NCBI GenBank assembly: GCA_022866045.1
Contig: JALHTW010000126.1
Span: forward strand, 5,104-69,103
Direction of reading: 5' to 3'
Length of the DNA: 64,000 bases
DNA from: Candidatus Aminicenantes bacterium
GTDB lineage: Bacteria; Acidobacteriota; Aminicenantia; Aminicenantales; UBA4085
The position numbers and the translations under genes are program-made. Numbering within the stretch: the first letter of the stretch is position 1; each line of letters opens with the position of its first letter. This document shows, piece by piece, positions 8,754 to 17,666 of this stretch. The notes beneath the pieces are model-generated. The model was not told the origin of the DNA. It searched no databases and saw only the letters and a program-made list of their open reading frames with translations.

Positions 8754-11141
8754 ATGAAGAAAGTATGTCTCTTTTTGATTTCGGGCCTTGTCATCTGTGT
8801 TGCGCTTTTCTTTACTCTTCACGCCGAGATCTATTATCCCTGGAAGGATGTCTATATCGGGGCTTTGGATGGCATGGGCTGGTGCGGCCTCGTCCTGGCC
8901 CCCCAAAAGGACAGCGCCTTCGCCTTTCGGTTTAAAGTCGAGAAAGACGGGAAGATCGCCGACGGAAACGACCTTTTTTATATGGTCTCCGAAGTCGGGC
9001 CGAACCCTCCGGACGGCCATTATGCCCGGGTCAAGTTCGACCTGGGTCTTCCCATCCTTCCGGCCGCTGAAAAAGATGAAACGCCTATTTTGATTAAGCC
9101 TTCGGCCAAATCCGACACCCTGACGCTCGAATGGTCCCGGCAGGACGAACGCTCGGTGATCGGGCGCATTCGGGGGCCGAAAGATGTTAATATCCATCTG
9201 AGCCAATATTTTCCCTGGGACTTCAAAGGTCGTTATCGGCTTCTTCCGGACGGCCAGGTTCAGGGTGAATCTCAGGCCGCTAAACCTTTCTACAGCCTTT
9301 TGTGGACCCACCGAAAAGGAGAGGTCGCCTCGACGAGCGAAGGGGAAGAGATCACGCTTGTCTTCTCCCAGAACGACGAGCGGAGCATCTACTTCGTCGC
9401 CGGAGTCGGCGAAAATCCCGAAACGTTGAAAAAGCTCATCTATCGATACAAGAACACGAAGACCATCGATTCAATCCTCGAAGAGGAACAGGCTAGGTAT
9501 CTCAGAAAACGGGTAATAACGGACGGCCTGTATGAAGGGGTCCCTGAGGCCATCACCAATAATCTGTTCTGGATGGTCCTTTACCAGCCGGGCAGCCATC
9601 GCCTGTACACACCCGCCGGCCGACGCTGGATATTTAATCGGGCTGACGGTTCTCCCGATCACTGGCAGATCTTCGCCTGGGATTCATTCTTCAGCGCCCT
9701 CGAGCTTTCTCTGGAAAGCACGAAACTTGCCGCGGACACGGTGAAGGCCGTCCTCGAAACGCAATACCCGAACGGGAACATCCCGAATTGGCGGAGCCGC
9801 TTCGGCGGAACGGCGGACCGCTCCCAGCCGCCGGTCGGGGCTTATGTCGTGCTCAAACTCTTTCAAAAGACGGGCGACATGGAGCTGCTGAATTTTTCCT
9901 ATCCGTTCCTGAGGAAGTGGCATGGGTTTTGGAAGGCTAGAAAGACGAACGGACAGGCCCGCCGCGACGGCAACGGCGACGGGCTTCTCGAATGGGGCTC
10001 TGACAGGGAGCTTCTCGCTGATAAAGTTCCAGCCTGGGAGGTCAACGCCTCTGGCGAGCAGAGAGCGAAATGGGAATCCGGCCAGGACGACCTGCCCAAC
10101 TGGGACAACGTACCGTTTAATACCCAGACCGGCACGCTGACCATGAACTGCCTCGACCTCAGCTGCCTTTATGCGCTTGACGCCTACTGCCTCGCCGAAA
10201 TGGCCAATATTCTCAACAGGCCCGAGGAATACGAAAATTACCAAGACGAATACACAAAGATGAAAGAACTCATCAACACAAACCTCTGGAACCAACGCGA
10301 GGGATTCTACTTCGACCGCTATTGGGACGGCCGTTTCTCGACACGGAAAGCGGCCTCCAATTTCTATCCGCTCCTGGCCCGTATCCCCGACGAGCGCCAG
10401 GCCCGGCTCATGCTCAGACATCTTCGCAATCCAAAGGAATTCTGGGGGGATTATGTCATTCCGTCGATCTCGCGGGACGACCCGGCCTTCAACGATCCAA
10501 AGAATCCGAACCGTCAGTACTGGCGCGGAACGATCTGGCCGCCGACAAATTACCTGATCTACCAGGGGCTCAAAGCCTATGGATTCGACGCCATCGCTTC
10601 TGAGTTCGCCAAGAAAAGCTCGTCGCTCTTCATGCGGGCGTGGTCCAACTTCCAGCTCTGCCCGGAGAACTTTCATCCTCTGACCGGGGAAGCTGCCGGC
10701 CAGAGATACCAAAGCTGGGGTCCGCTGTTCGCCCTCATCGCGGTCGAGGAATATCTGGATTTTACGCCGTTCGAAGGATTCCGCTTCGGCATGATCCAGC
10801 CGGAAAGGAAAGGCAAGCTCTCCCGGGCGGCGATTCAGGGCCGGAGCTATGACGTCGAGGCGTCCAAGGGCGAGATCCTGCTCCGCGAGGAAGGGAAGGA
10901 GATCGTCACGGTCGACGGAAGCGCTGTAGTCCGTCGCTTCCTCTATTCGGAAAATGAGGTCTCGTTCGAGATCAAGACCATCGCCAAGCGAGAGGTGGAA
11001 ATCCGATTTTTAAAGAAAGGAAAATACCAGCTTCTGATCGATAACCAGCCCAAGCGGATCTTCAAGGGACGTTCGGTCAAGTTCGATGTAGCGGATGGGG
11101 ACCACGTCGTCGAGATCCAGCTTCTCGAAGCGCTGGATTGA
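8754..11141 (+). CDS. Large (alpha/alpha)6 glycoside hydrolase, GH63/MGH1/YgjK-like
   Basis: About 795 aa with an N-terminal membrane-anchor or signal segment. Motifs GDGLLEWGSD, GQDDLPNWDN and YWRGTIWPPTNYLIYQGL are typical of GH63/mannosylglycerate-hydrolase-type glucosidases. Confidence 0.55.
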   Translation: MKKVCLFLISGLVICVALFFTLHAEIYYPWKDVYIGALDGMGWCGLVLAPQKDSAFAFRFKVEKDGKIADGNDLFYMVSEVGPNPPDGHYARVKFDLGLPILPAAEKDETPILIKPSAKSDTLTLEWSRQDERSVIGRIRGPKDVNIHLSQYFPWDFKGRYRLLPDGQVQGESQAAKPFYSLLWTHRKGEVASTSEGEEITLVFSQNDERSIYFVAGVGENPETLKKLIYRYKNTKTIDSILEEEQARYLRKRVITDGLYEGVPEAITNNLFWMVLYQPGSHRLYTPAGRRWIFNRADGSPDHWQIFAWDSFFSALELSLESTKLAADTVKAVLETQYPNGNIPNWRSRFGGTADRSQPPVGAYVVLKLFQKTGDMELLNFSYPFLRKWHGFWKARKTNGQARRDGNGDGLLEWGSDRELLADKVPAWEVNASGEQRAKWESGQDDLPNWDNVPFNTQTGTLTMNCLDLSCLYALDAYCLAEMANILNRPEEYENYQDEYTKMKELINTNLWNQREGFYFDRYWDGRFSTRKAASNFYPLLARIPDERQARLMLRHLRNPKEFWGDYVIPSISRDDPAFNDPKNPNRQYWRGTIWPPTNYLIYQGLKAYGFDAIASEFAKKSSSLFMRAWSNFQLCPENFHPLTGEAAGQRYQSWGPLFALIAVEEYLDFTPFEGFRFGMIQPERKGKLSRAAIQGRSYDVEASKGEILLREEGKEIVTVDGSAVVRRFLYSENEVSFEIKTIAKREVEIRFLKKGKYQLLIDNQPKRIFKGRSVKFDVADGDHVVEIQLLEALD

Positions 11142-11150
11142 ATGCCGCTT

Positions 11151-11978
11151 TTATTTACCGCTGTCTAGATAAGCTTTTTTCAGCGTGTCGCCGCGGACGC
11201 CCTGCCGCAGGGCTTCCAGGGCCAAGATCTCCTCGGCGGCGATATTCCCAAGGTTGACGTTCAGTCCGAAGCGCATGATCAGGTCCTGCTGCTGGTTCTT
11301 GAGGGGAGCCTCCCAGATCAAGACATCCGGGTTCGCAACACCGGCGATGATGTTTTCTATCTCGTCTTTCCGGGTCCGGCCATCCTGGTCGAAGATGCCG
11401 ACGCCCCTGCCCGCCTCTCGCGCTTCAATGATGACCTTGAAAGCCCCGTGTTCGATGTCCTCGGCGATCAGTTGGTGGACGAGAGCGATGGGCACGATAT
11501 CCTTGGGGTCCTTTTTCCCGACCTCTGTGATCACCCGAAAGCCGCGGTCAAGGCATTTTTTGATGACATCGGCCCGGATCTTGGGGCCGATCTCGATCGT
11601 TCCGTCCGAGACTTCGATGGCGGAAAAGCCTAGGTCTTTGGCCCGGCCCAGGTACTCATCCACGACGCCCTGCCAGACCGCGACCTCGAGGAACGTTCCG
11701 CCGGGCATGATCTCGATCCCGCGGTCCGAGATCTCTTCGTTCTTTTCCTTGAGCAGTTTCCGGTCGTAGAAGGCCGACGTTCCGAATGTCAGCTTGATCA
11801 CGTCGATATAGTCGGCGGCGATGTCGAGCAGGTCGTCAAGCTGGTGCAGGCCGATCCCTTTGTCAATGACCATGGTCAGGCCGGTCGTCCGGGGCTTTTG
11901 GCTCCGTCCACCGAGAGGCATGAGGATGACTCCTTCCCAGGCTTTCGGATGGACATCCTTTTTATCTTTCTTGCTCAT
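11151..11978 (-). CDS. (2R)-phospho-3-sulfolactate synthase ComA family protein (PF02679)
   Basis: 275 aa. Blocks MPGGTFLEV, FSAIEVSDG, TEVGKK, VIIEAREAGRGVGIFD, WEAPLKNQQ and NVNLGNIAAEEILALEALRQGVRGDT line up with my recollection of archaeal ComA. RBS aaggag upstream. Confidence 0.75.
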   Translation of the reverse strand: MSKKDKKDVHPKAWEGVILMPLGGRSQKPRTTGLTMVIDKGIGLHQLDDLLDIAADYIDVIKLTFGTSAFYDRKLLKEKNEEISDRGIEIMPGGTFLEVAVWQGVVDEYLGRAKDLGFSAIEVSDGTIEIGPKIRADVIKKCLDRGFRVITEVGKKDPKDIVPIALVHQLIAEDIEHGAFKVIIEAREAGRGVGIFDQDGRTRKDEIENIIAGVANPDVLIWEAPLKNQQQDLIMRFGLNVNLGNIAAEEILALEALRQGVRGDTLKKAYLDSGK

Positions 11979-11994
11979 GAAGGGAACTCCTTTA

Positions 11995-12975
11995 TCAGCC
12001 TTCTAAAAGATCTCCCCAGCATCGGGCCGGATTGGACAGGACAGAGGCGACGAGGCCGATGGATCCGTGTTCAACAAGACGGAACGACGCTTTGAGACGT
12101 GCCTCGGCGAGAGCGGCGTTATCCAGACCGGGGAGCGGCAGATGATCATAAAGAACCACTGATTCGGCAATCTTTTGGGACAGGTTATCGAAGACGGCCT
12201 TGGCTGCTTTTCTTTTGTCTTTTATGCCCTGGGCGGCGAATTCCGCACGGCCTTCCTCGATACGGGGAAAGACCAGGATCAGGCGGGGTTGGATGATCCG
12301 GTCTTCGTCGCTTTGATGGACGGCTAAATCGAGGGCGATCTTCTTTTGCCACACTTCGCCTCCGGACATAGCAGCAATCTCGGGAGAACAGAATTGCGGA
12401 AAGTCATGGATCAAGGTGCCCAGCCGGATGTTGTCGACAAGTGATCCCTTGAACCAGGTCAGACCGTTCTGTTCAAAACGAAAATGAACGGTCTCAGTTG
12501 AAAAGAGCTTCAATCCCTTGGCGATGCCGCTCAGAAGATAGACGGTCTTGCCGCTTCCGGCCCCCCCGGCCACGACGAACAAGACGTGATTCCGCTTGTC
12601 ATAAAGGCCGGCCGCATGGAAGCTGAAGATGGCGTGGCGCCATTCCAGAAGATAGAGGATGAACCTGTAGAGAAAGCCCTGGTTTCCCCAAAGGCTGTAG
12701 CGGATGTCCGAGGCGTTCTTCTCGAGCTTGAGCAGGGGGCCGCGGAAAACGGCCTTCCTTCCTGAACAGGAATATTCCGTTTGCCTGGAACGGGTGTTTT
12801 CCAAAACAAGGCAGCCGTCCAACGCTCGGCCAAAGGGAATTTCGACCATGTCCCTGAAATCCGTGAGGAGCGATGGAACGTCGATTTTGAGAGGAAAACG
12901 GGGAAACAGAGCGCTTGTATTGGCCTCAACGCCGACCGTCGCTTCTAGGATCTGAACGCCCTTTTGATAGGACAT
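11995..12975 (-). CDS. HPr kinase/phosphorylase-like P-loop protein (HprK-related kinase), unknown substrate
   Basis: Central Walker A VVAGGAGSGKT in a context resembling the HprK C-terminal domain. No HPr or PTS genes nearby. The ORF-track start at 13011 is GTG; the ATG at 12975 (MSYQKG) is used here. Confidence 0.45.
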   Translation of the reverse strand: MSYQKGVQILEATVGVEANTSALFPRFPLKIDVPSLLTDFRDMVEIPFGRALDGCLVLENTRSRQTEYSCSGRKAVFRGPLLKLEKNASDIRYSLWGNQGFLYRFILYLLEWRHAIFSFHAAGLYDKRNHVLFVVAGGAGSGKTVYLLSGIAKGLKLFSTETVHFRFEQNGLTWFKGSLVDNIRLGTLIHDFPQFCSPEIAAMSGGEVWQKKIALDLAVHQSDEDRIIQPRLILVFPRIEEGRAEFAAQGIKDKRKAAKAVFDNLSQKIAESVVLYDHLPLPGLDNAALAEARLKASFRLVEHGSIGLVASVLSNPARCWGDLLEG

Positions 12976-13431
12976 AGCCCGATCTTCTTCCAATGAAGGG
13001 CTATGATACACAAATCATCCTTAGGGAACAATCGATGACTCATTTTTATAATGATACCGGGCCAGGCGGAGGGGGGGCGGAGCTGAATGACCCATCATCA
13101 AAAGGACCCCTGCCGAAATAAGAGATTTGGCTTCAGGGACGGGCATGTGCTTCTCTCTTCAAAAAAGATCGCCCTCAAAAAAATTGTTTATCTTCACGAA
13201 CAAACGTACAACGAGAAGCGATTTTCGCGAAGCCCCAAGATTTCTGTAACTTTTTTGGGTTGTCCGTCGTATTTACCAATGAGGATCTGATCTGGAGGTA
13301 ACAGGGAGAATTCTAGGCACAAAACTTGCAGCTAACTTTTTTGCCTGGCAAGCGATATACTTTATATGGGGAATGGGTTCTCGCTTGATAGATTTTTTTA
13401 CGCTCAACGTAAATTTTTCGAGGAGTCATGG

Positions 13432-14730
13432 ATGAAAAAGATGATGCGTCTGAGTCTTTTCGTGGTCCTTGCCGTCTTTCTGGTGTCCGGGCCGGCGGCT
13501 TTTGCCCAAACAGCCCAAACAGACATAGAAACCCTGAAAAAGAGCGCGCCCAAGGTCTATATCGACTGCGGCATATGCGACATCGAATACATCAAGACCG
13601 AGATCACGTTTGTGAACTATGTCCGCGACCGCAAGGAAGCCGAGGTCCACATCCTGATCACGACCCAAAGCACTGGAGGCGGAGGAAGGGAATATACGCT
13701 GTCCTTTTCCGGCCAGAATGAATTTTTAGGAGTGGATGATACGGTCAAGTATTTTTCCAATCAAACAGACACCGAAGATGAAGTCCGGAAAGGGCTTGTG
13801 AAAACTATCAAAATGGGACTGATGACCTATGTGGCCAAGAGGCCGATCTCGAGCCGGATCGCCGTGTCCTATGCCGAGGAGAAAAAAACTCAGGCTGTTG
13901 TCGACAAGTGGAAATCCTGGGTCTTCAGCCTCAGCGCCCACGGCTATTTCAACGGCGAGAAATCCTATGAATACCAATCGTTCGGCGGGAATTTCTCGGC
14001 CAACCGTGTCACTCCGGACATTAAAATCCGGCTGGGCCTATCGGCGAGCTACAATAACAATATCTATAGATATGGCGGAGATTCTATTAAAAGCAACCAG
14101 CAAAGCTATTATTTCGACGGCCTCGTAGTCAAAAGCATCAACGAACACTGGTCGGTCGGCGGATACCTGAATGCCTCTTCGTCGACTTACTCAAATATCC
14201 GGTTCGGTCTCAGCCCGGCGCCGGCCATCGAGTACAATTTTTTCCCCTATTCCCAGTCTACACGGAGACAGCTTCGCTTCCTTTATAAACTAGGATTCAA
14301 CATAGTCCGCTACAGGGATGAGACGATTTACCTCAAAACCAAAGAGAATCTATGGAAAGAATCCCTGTCGGTCTCCCTGGATGTCAGGGAGAAATGGGGA
14401 ACCATCTCGGCGTCGCTCTCCGGCTCGCATTATTTTCATGATTTCAGCAAGAACAACCTGAATGCCTTCGGCACCGTCCAACTCAATCTTTTCAAAGGGC
14501 TGAACGCCTTTGTCCTGGGCGGCGGTTCACGGATCCGTGACCAGCTGGCGCTTGTCAAGGGCGAAGCCTCTCTTGAAGAGATCATCCTTCAGAGGCGGCA
14601 GCTTGAAACCACCTACAGCTATTTCTTTATGTTCGGCCTGAGTTATACCTTCGGCTCGATCTACACCAACGTTGTGAATCCGCGCTTCGGCAGCACGGGC
14701 AGCGGCGGCATGTCGGTCATCATTAACTAA
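13432..14730 (+). CDS. Secreted beta-rich protein of unknown function, paralog 1 (putative outer-membrane protein)
   Basis: 432 aa. RBS aggag, signal peptide MKKMMRLSLFVVLAVFLVSGPAAFAQ, and repeated amphipathic strands. Clearly homologous to the next gene: FVNYV, SFSGQ.EF, KWxxWVFSLS, SPAPAIEY.FFPYSQST.KQLRFLY, LEEIxLQRRQL and NPRFGS are shared. Confidence 0.6.
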   Translation: MKKMMRLSLFVVLAVFLVSGPAAFAQTAQTDIETLKKSAPKVYIDCGICDIEYIKTEITFVNYVRDRKEAEVHILITTQSTGGGGREYTLSFSGQNEFLGVDDTVKYFSNQTDTEDEVRKGLVKTIKMGLMTYVAKRPISSRIAVSYAEEKKTQAVVDKWKSWVFSLSAHGYFNGEKSYEYQSFGGNFSANRVTPDIKIRLGLSASYNNNIYRYGGDSIKSNQQSYYFDGLVVKSINEHWSVGGYLNASSSTYSNIRFGLSPAPAIEYNFFPYSQSTRRQLRFLYKLGFNIVRYRDETIYLKTKENLWKESLSVSLDVREKWGTISASLSGSHYFHDFSKNNLNAFGTVQLNLFKGLNAFVLGGGSRIRDQLALVKGEASLEEIILQRRQLETTYSYFFMFGLSYTFGSIYTNVVNPRFGSTGSGGMSVIIN

Positions 14731-14847
14731 GGGAGCACTATCGTGCGAACGATATTCATGAATACCCAAATGGCACTCCGAAGTAACAAAGGCGCGTTCG
14801 TCATGAGCTCTCAAACGAGAATCCAGGGAAAACCTGAAGAGGCTAGC

Positions 14848-16143
14848 ATGAAATTCAAAAGAATAGTTATTCTCCTAATGCTTTTTGGCTTTTTATCAAC
14901 GGCCTTTATTCCCACGGGTTTGGCCCAAACCTCTGGACAGGCTGCGAGCGAAGATTTGAAGAAAAACGCCCCGAACGTCTTTCTGAAATCAAGCCTGGAT
15001 CCCGCATATTTTCAGAAAGAGATCGCCTTCGTCAACTACGTCCAGAGCGAAACCGAAGCGCAGGTCCTTGTCGAAATCACGTCTCAAAAGACAGAGCGCG
15101 GCGAAGAATTCACGGTCTCTTTTTCCGGCCAAAAGGAATTCGCCGGAGTCAACGATGTTCTGAAATATACGGCCGATATGTCGAAAAAACCGGAAGAAGC
15201 CAAGCAAGAGCTGGCCCGGATCCTGAAGCTCGGCCTCATGCGCTACGTATCCAAAACGCCGATCGCGAGCCGGGTCAGTGTCGCCTTTATGGACCAGGTC
15301 AAGCCGACGGCCGTCATCGACAAATGGAATTTCTGGGTGTTTAGCCTAAGCGTCAATACGTTCCTCAACGGCGAAAAATCCTATAAGATGGATGAGATAT
15401 TCGGCAGCCTTTCCGCGAGCCGCGTCACCGAGGAATGGAAGATCCGGCTCTCACTAAGTGGATCATACTATAAAAATACGTATTCGGTCGAGGACTATAA
15501 CTACGAAAGCTCCATGGACAGCCGGAGTTTCGGCGGACTGGTAGTCCGGAGCATTTCCGATCACTGGTCTGTCGGGGCGTATATGGGGGTCTCTTCCTCC
15601 ACATACAACAACGCCAAGTTGAGCATCAGCCCGGCGCCGGCCATCGAATATGACCTTTTTCCCTATTCCCAGTCGACAAAGAAGCAGCTGCGTTTCCTAT
15701 ATAGGCTGGGATTCATTAGCATCCGTTATCATGACGAAACGATTTACAATAAAACGAAAGAAAATCTATGGAACGAATCTCTCTCCGCGACCCTGGAGCT
15801 GAAGCAGCCGTGGGGCACGCTCAGCGCCTCGCTTCAAGGCTCCCATTATTTTCATAACATCAAATATTACCGCCTCACGCTCTACGGCGATCTTTCGCTC
15901 CGAATTTTCAAGGGATTGAATTTCAACTTCTACGGCAGCGGCTCCCGGATCCACGACCAGCTGGCGCTGGCAAAGGGAGAAGCAACGCTCGAAGAAGTCC
16001 TGTTGCAGAGGAGGCAGCTTTTGACCGACTATAATTTTTACTTCTCGATCGGCATCAGCTACACCTTCGGTTCGATCTTAAGCAGAGTCGTCAACCCGCG
16101 CTTCGGATCGGGCAGCGGGACATCAATCAGCATCAGCATGTAA
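14848..16143 (+). CDS. Secreted beta-rich protein of unknown function, paralog 2
   Basis: 431 aa from the ATG at 14848 (MKFKRIVILLMLFGFLSTAFIPTGLAQ signal peptide). Tandem paralog of the previous gene. Confidence 0.6.
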   Translation: MKFKRIVILLMLFGFLSTAFIPTGLAQTSGQAASEDLKKNAPNVFLKSSLDPAYFQKEIAFVNYVQSETEAQVLVEITSQKTERGEEFTVSFSGQKEFAGVNDVLKYTADMSKKPEEAKQELARILKLGLMRYVSKTPIASRVSVAFMDQVKPTAVIDKWNFWVFSLSVNTFLNGEKSYKMDEIFGSLSASRVTEEWKIRLSLSGSYYKNTYSVEDYNYESSMDSRSFGGLVVRSISDHWSVGAYMGVSSSTYNNAKLSISPAPAIEYDLFPYSQSTKKQLRFLYRLGFISIRYHDETIYNKTKENLWNESLSATLELKQPWGTLSASLQGSHYFHNIKYYRLTLYGDLSLRIFKGLNFNFYGSGSRIHDQLALAKGEATLEEVLLQRRQLLTDYNFYFSIGISYTFGSILSRVVNPRFGSGSGTSISISM

Positions 16144-16219
16144 GGGGCTCGGGAAGACTCGCTCATAGGCGCCCGCGACAGCGGAGAACAAACCCACGAG
16201 CGTCTGGCTCAATTTTCTT

Positions 16220-16245
16220 TTGACTTCTCCGGCATATTGTATAAT
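16220..16245 (+). promoter_or_regulatory. Sigma70-like promoter upstream of the amidohydrolase operon
   Basis: TTGACT at 16220-16225 and TATAAT at 16240-16245 with a TG immediately upstream. The 14-bp spacer is shorter than optimal. It lies ~120 bp upstream of the ATG at 16365. Confidence 0.35.
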
Positions 16246-16364
16246 ATAAATTTCTTATCCGCCCTCTAAGAGGAAAAACCGGTTTGATGCGTGGATGTCC
16301 TTCCTTCCGAGCTTTCAACAGGGAATCTTTCATTTTCATAATTCATCTTGGGGAAAGGAGGCGC

Positions 16365-17660
16365 ATGAACGTCCGCCAATATCTTCATCTTTTCATGGTG
16401 ATCCTATGTCTTTTCGCCTTCGCTTTAGGCGAGACGGCCGATGTCGGCCCGACCTACGCGATTCGCAAGGCGAAGATCGTTCCGGTCTCAGGCCCGGTGA
16501 TCGAGAAGGGGAGCCTTATCATTCGAGATGGCCTGATCGAGGCCGTTGGCCCGGTTGATAAAGTAGCGATCCCGGAAGACGCCGAAGTCATCGAGGCCGA
16601 AGGACTGATCGCCTATCCCGGGCTCATTTCGGCCCACACGAACCTCCTCCTGGAGGAACCGACGCCGGCCCGGACGGCCGAAACCCCGCCCGGCCCGGCC
16701 GAGCTCATCATGGGCGGCGCTGTCCAGGCCCAGGCGGCCCAAACCGCCGACCTCATGATCTTCAAACAGCTCAAGCCCAAGAAAACGACGCTCGACGGTT
16801 TTCTCAAGGTCGGTTTCACGACGGTGCTGGTCGCCCCGAACAGGGGGATTTTCCAGGGCCAGAGCGTTGTCGTGAACCTCAACGGCGAGAAGGCAGAGAC
16901 CATGGTCGTAAAAAATCCCCTGGCGCTCCACATCAATTTCACGACCATTCGCGGCGGGTATCCGTCAAGCCTCATGGGGACGATCGCGTATATCCGCCAG
17001 TCGTTCCTCGACGCCGATCACTATGCCAATGCCCAGACCCTTTACGCGAAGAACCCCAAAGGCATGAAGCGGCCCGAGTTCGATCCCTTTCTCGAAACGC
17101 TCCTGCCTTATCTCAGGGACAAAAAACCGGTCGTTTTCCAGTGCAATGATCTCGAGGACATCAAGCGCGCCCTGAAAATCATCGACGAGTTCAAGCTTAA
17201 GGCCATGCTCACCCACGCTAACGAGGCCTGGCGGGCCGCGGCGGTCTTGAAGAAGATGCCCATACCGCTTCTCGTGACTCTGGACTTCCGGCCGCCGAAC
17301 GGCAGCATGTACGTCAACCAGGGCGAGGATCTGAAGAAAAAAGCGGAGACTGAGATCTACCCGGCCAATGCGGCGAACCTCGTCAAGGAAGGCCTCAGGT
17401 TCGCTCTGACGACGTTCGGGCTGAACGACGGCTCCGCGGCCCTCAAGAACATCCAGTCGGCCATCAAGGCCGGCCTCCCCAAAGAGGAAGCGTTGAAAGC
17501 GCTGACGATCCAGCCGGCCCAGTATTTGGGCCTCGCCCAACAGCTCGGCAGCCTCGAACCCGGAAAGATCGCCAACGTCATCCTGACCAAAGGCGAGCTC
17601 TTCGACGAGAAGACCCAGGTCGAGAAGGTCTTCGTCGATGGAATCCTTTGGAAATTCTGA
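16365..17660 (+). CDS. Amidohydrolase-fold protein (COG1228-like), secreted, with degenerate metal site
   Basis: RBS aaggagg and signal peptide. Homologous to the next two genes (shared C-terminal ALKAxTIxPAxxLG...GSLExGKxAN...DG). It lacks the canonical HxH motif (PGLISAHTNLL); I found no HxH anywhere in the protein. Confidence 0.65.
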   Translation: MNVRQYLHLFMVILCLFAFALGETADVGPTYAIRKAKIVPVSGPVIEKGSLIIRDGLIEAVGPVDKVAIPEDAEVIEAEGLIAYPGLISAHTNLLLEEPTPARTAETPPGPAELIMGGAVQAQAAQTADLMIFKQLKPKKTTLDGFLKVGFTTVLVAPNRGIFQGQSVVVNLNGEKAETMVVKNPLALHINFTTIRGGYPSSLMGTIAYIRQSFLDADHYANAQTLYAKNPKGMKRPEFDPFLETLLPYLRDKKPVVFQCNDLEDIKRALKIIDEFKLKAMLTHANEAWRAAAVLKKMPIPLLVTLDFRPPNGSMYVNQGEDLKKKAETEIYPANAANLVKEGLRFALTTFGLNDGSAALKNIQSAIKAGLPKEEALKALTIQPAQYLGLAQQLGSLEPGKIANVILTKGELFDEKTQVEKVFVDGILWKF

Positions 17661-17666
17661 GGAGAA

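Noticed and set aside
13087-13290. 67-aa ORF between the HprK-like gene and paralog 1
   Set aside because: No RBS and basic low-complexity sequence. It lies in a promoter region. Not conserved-looking.
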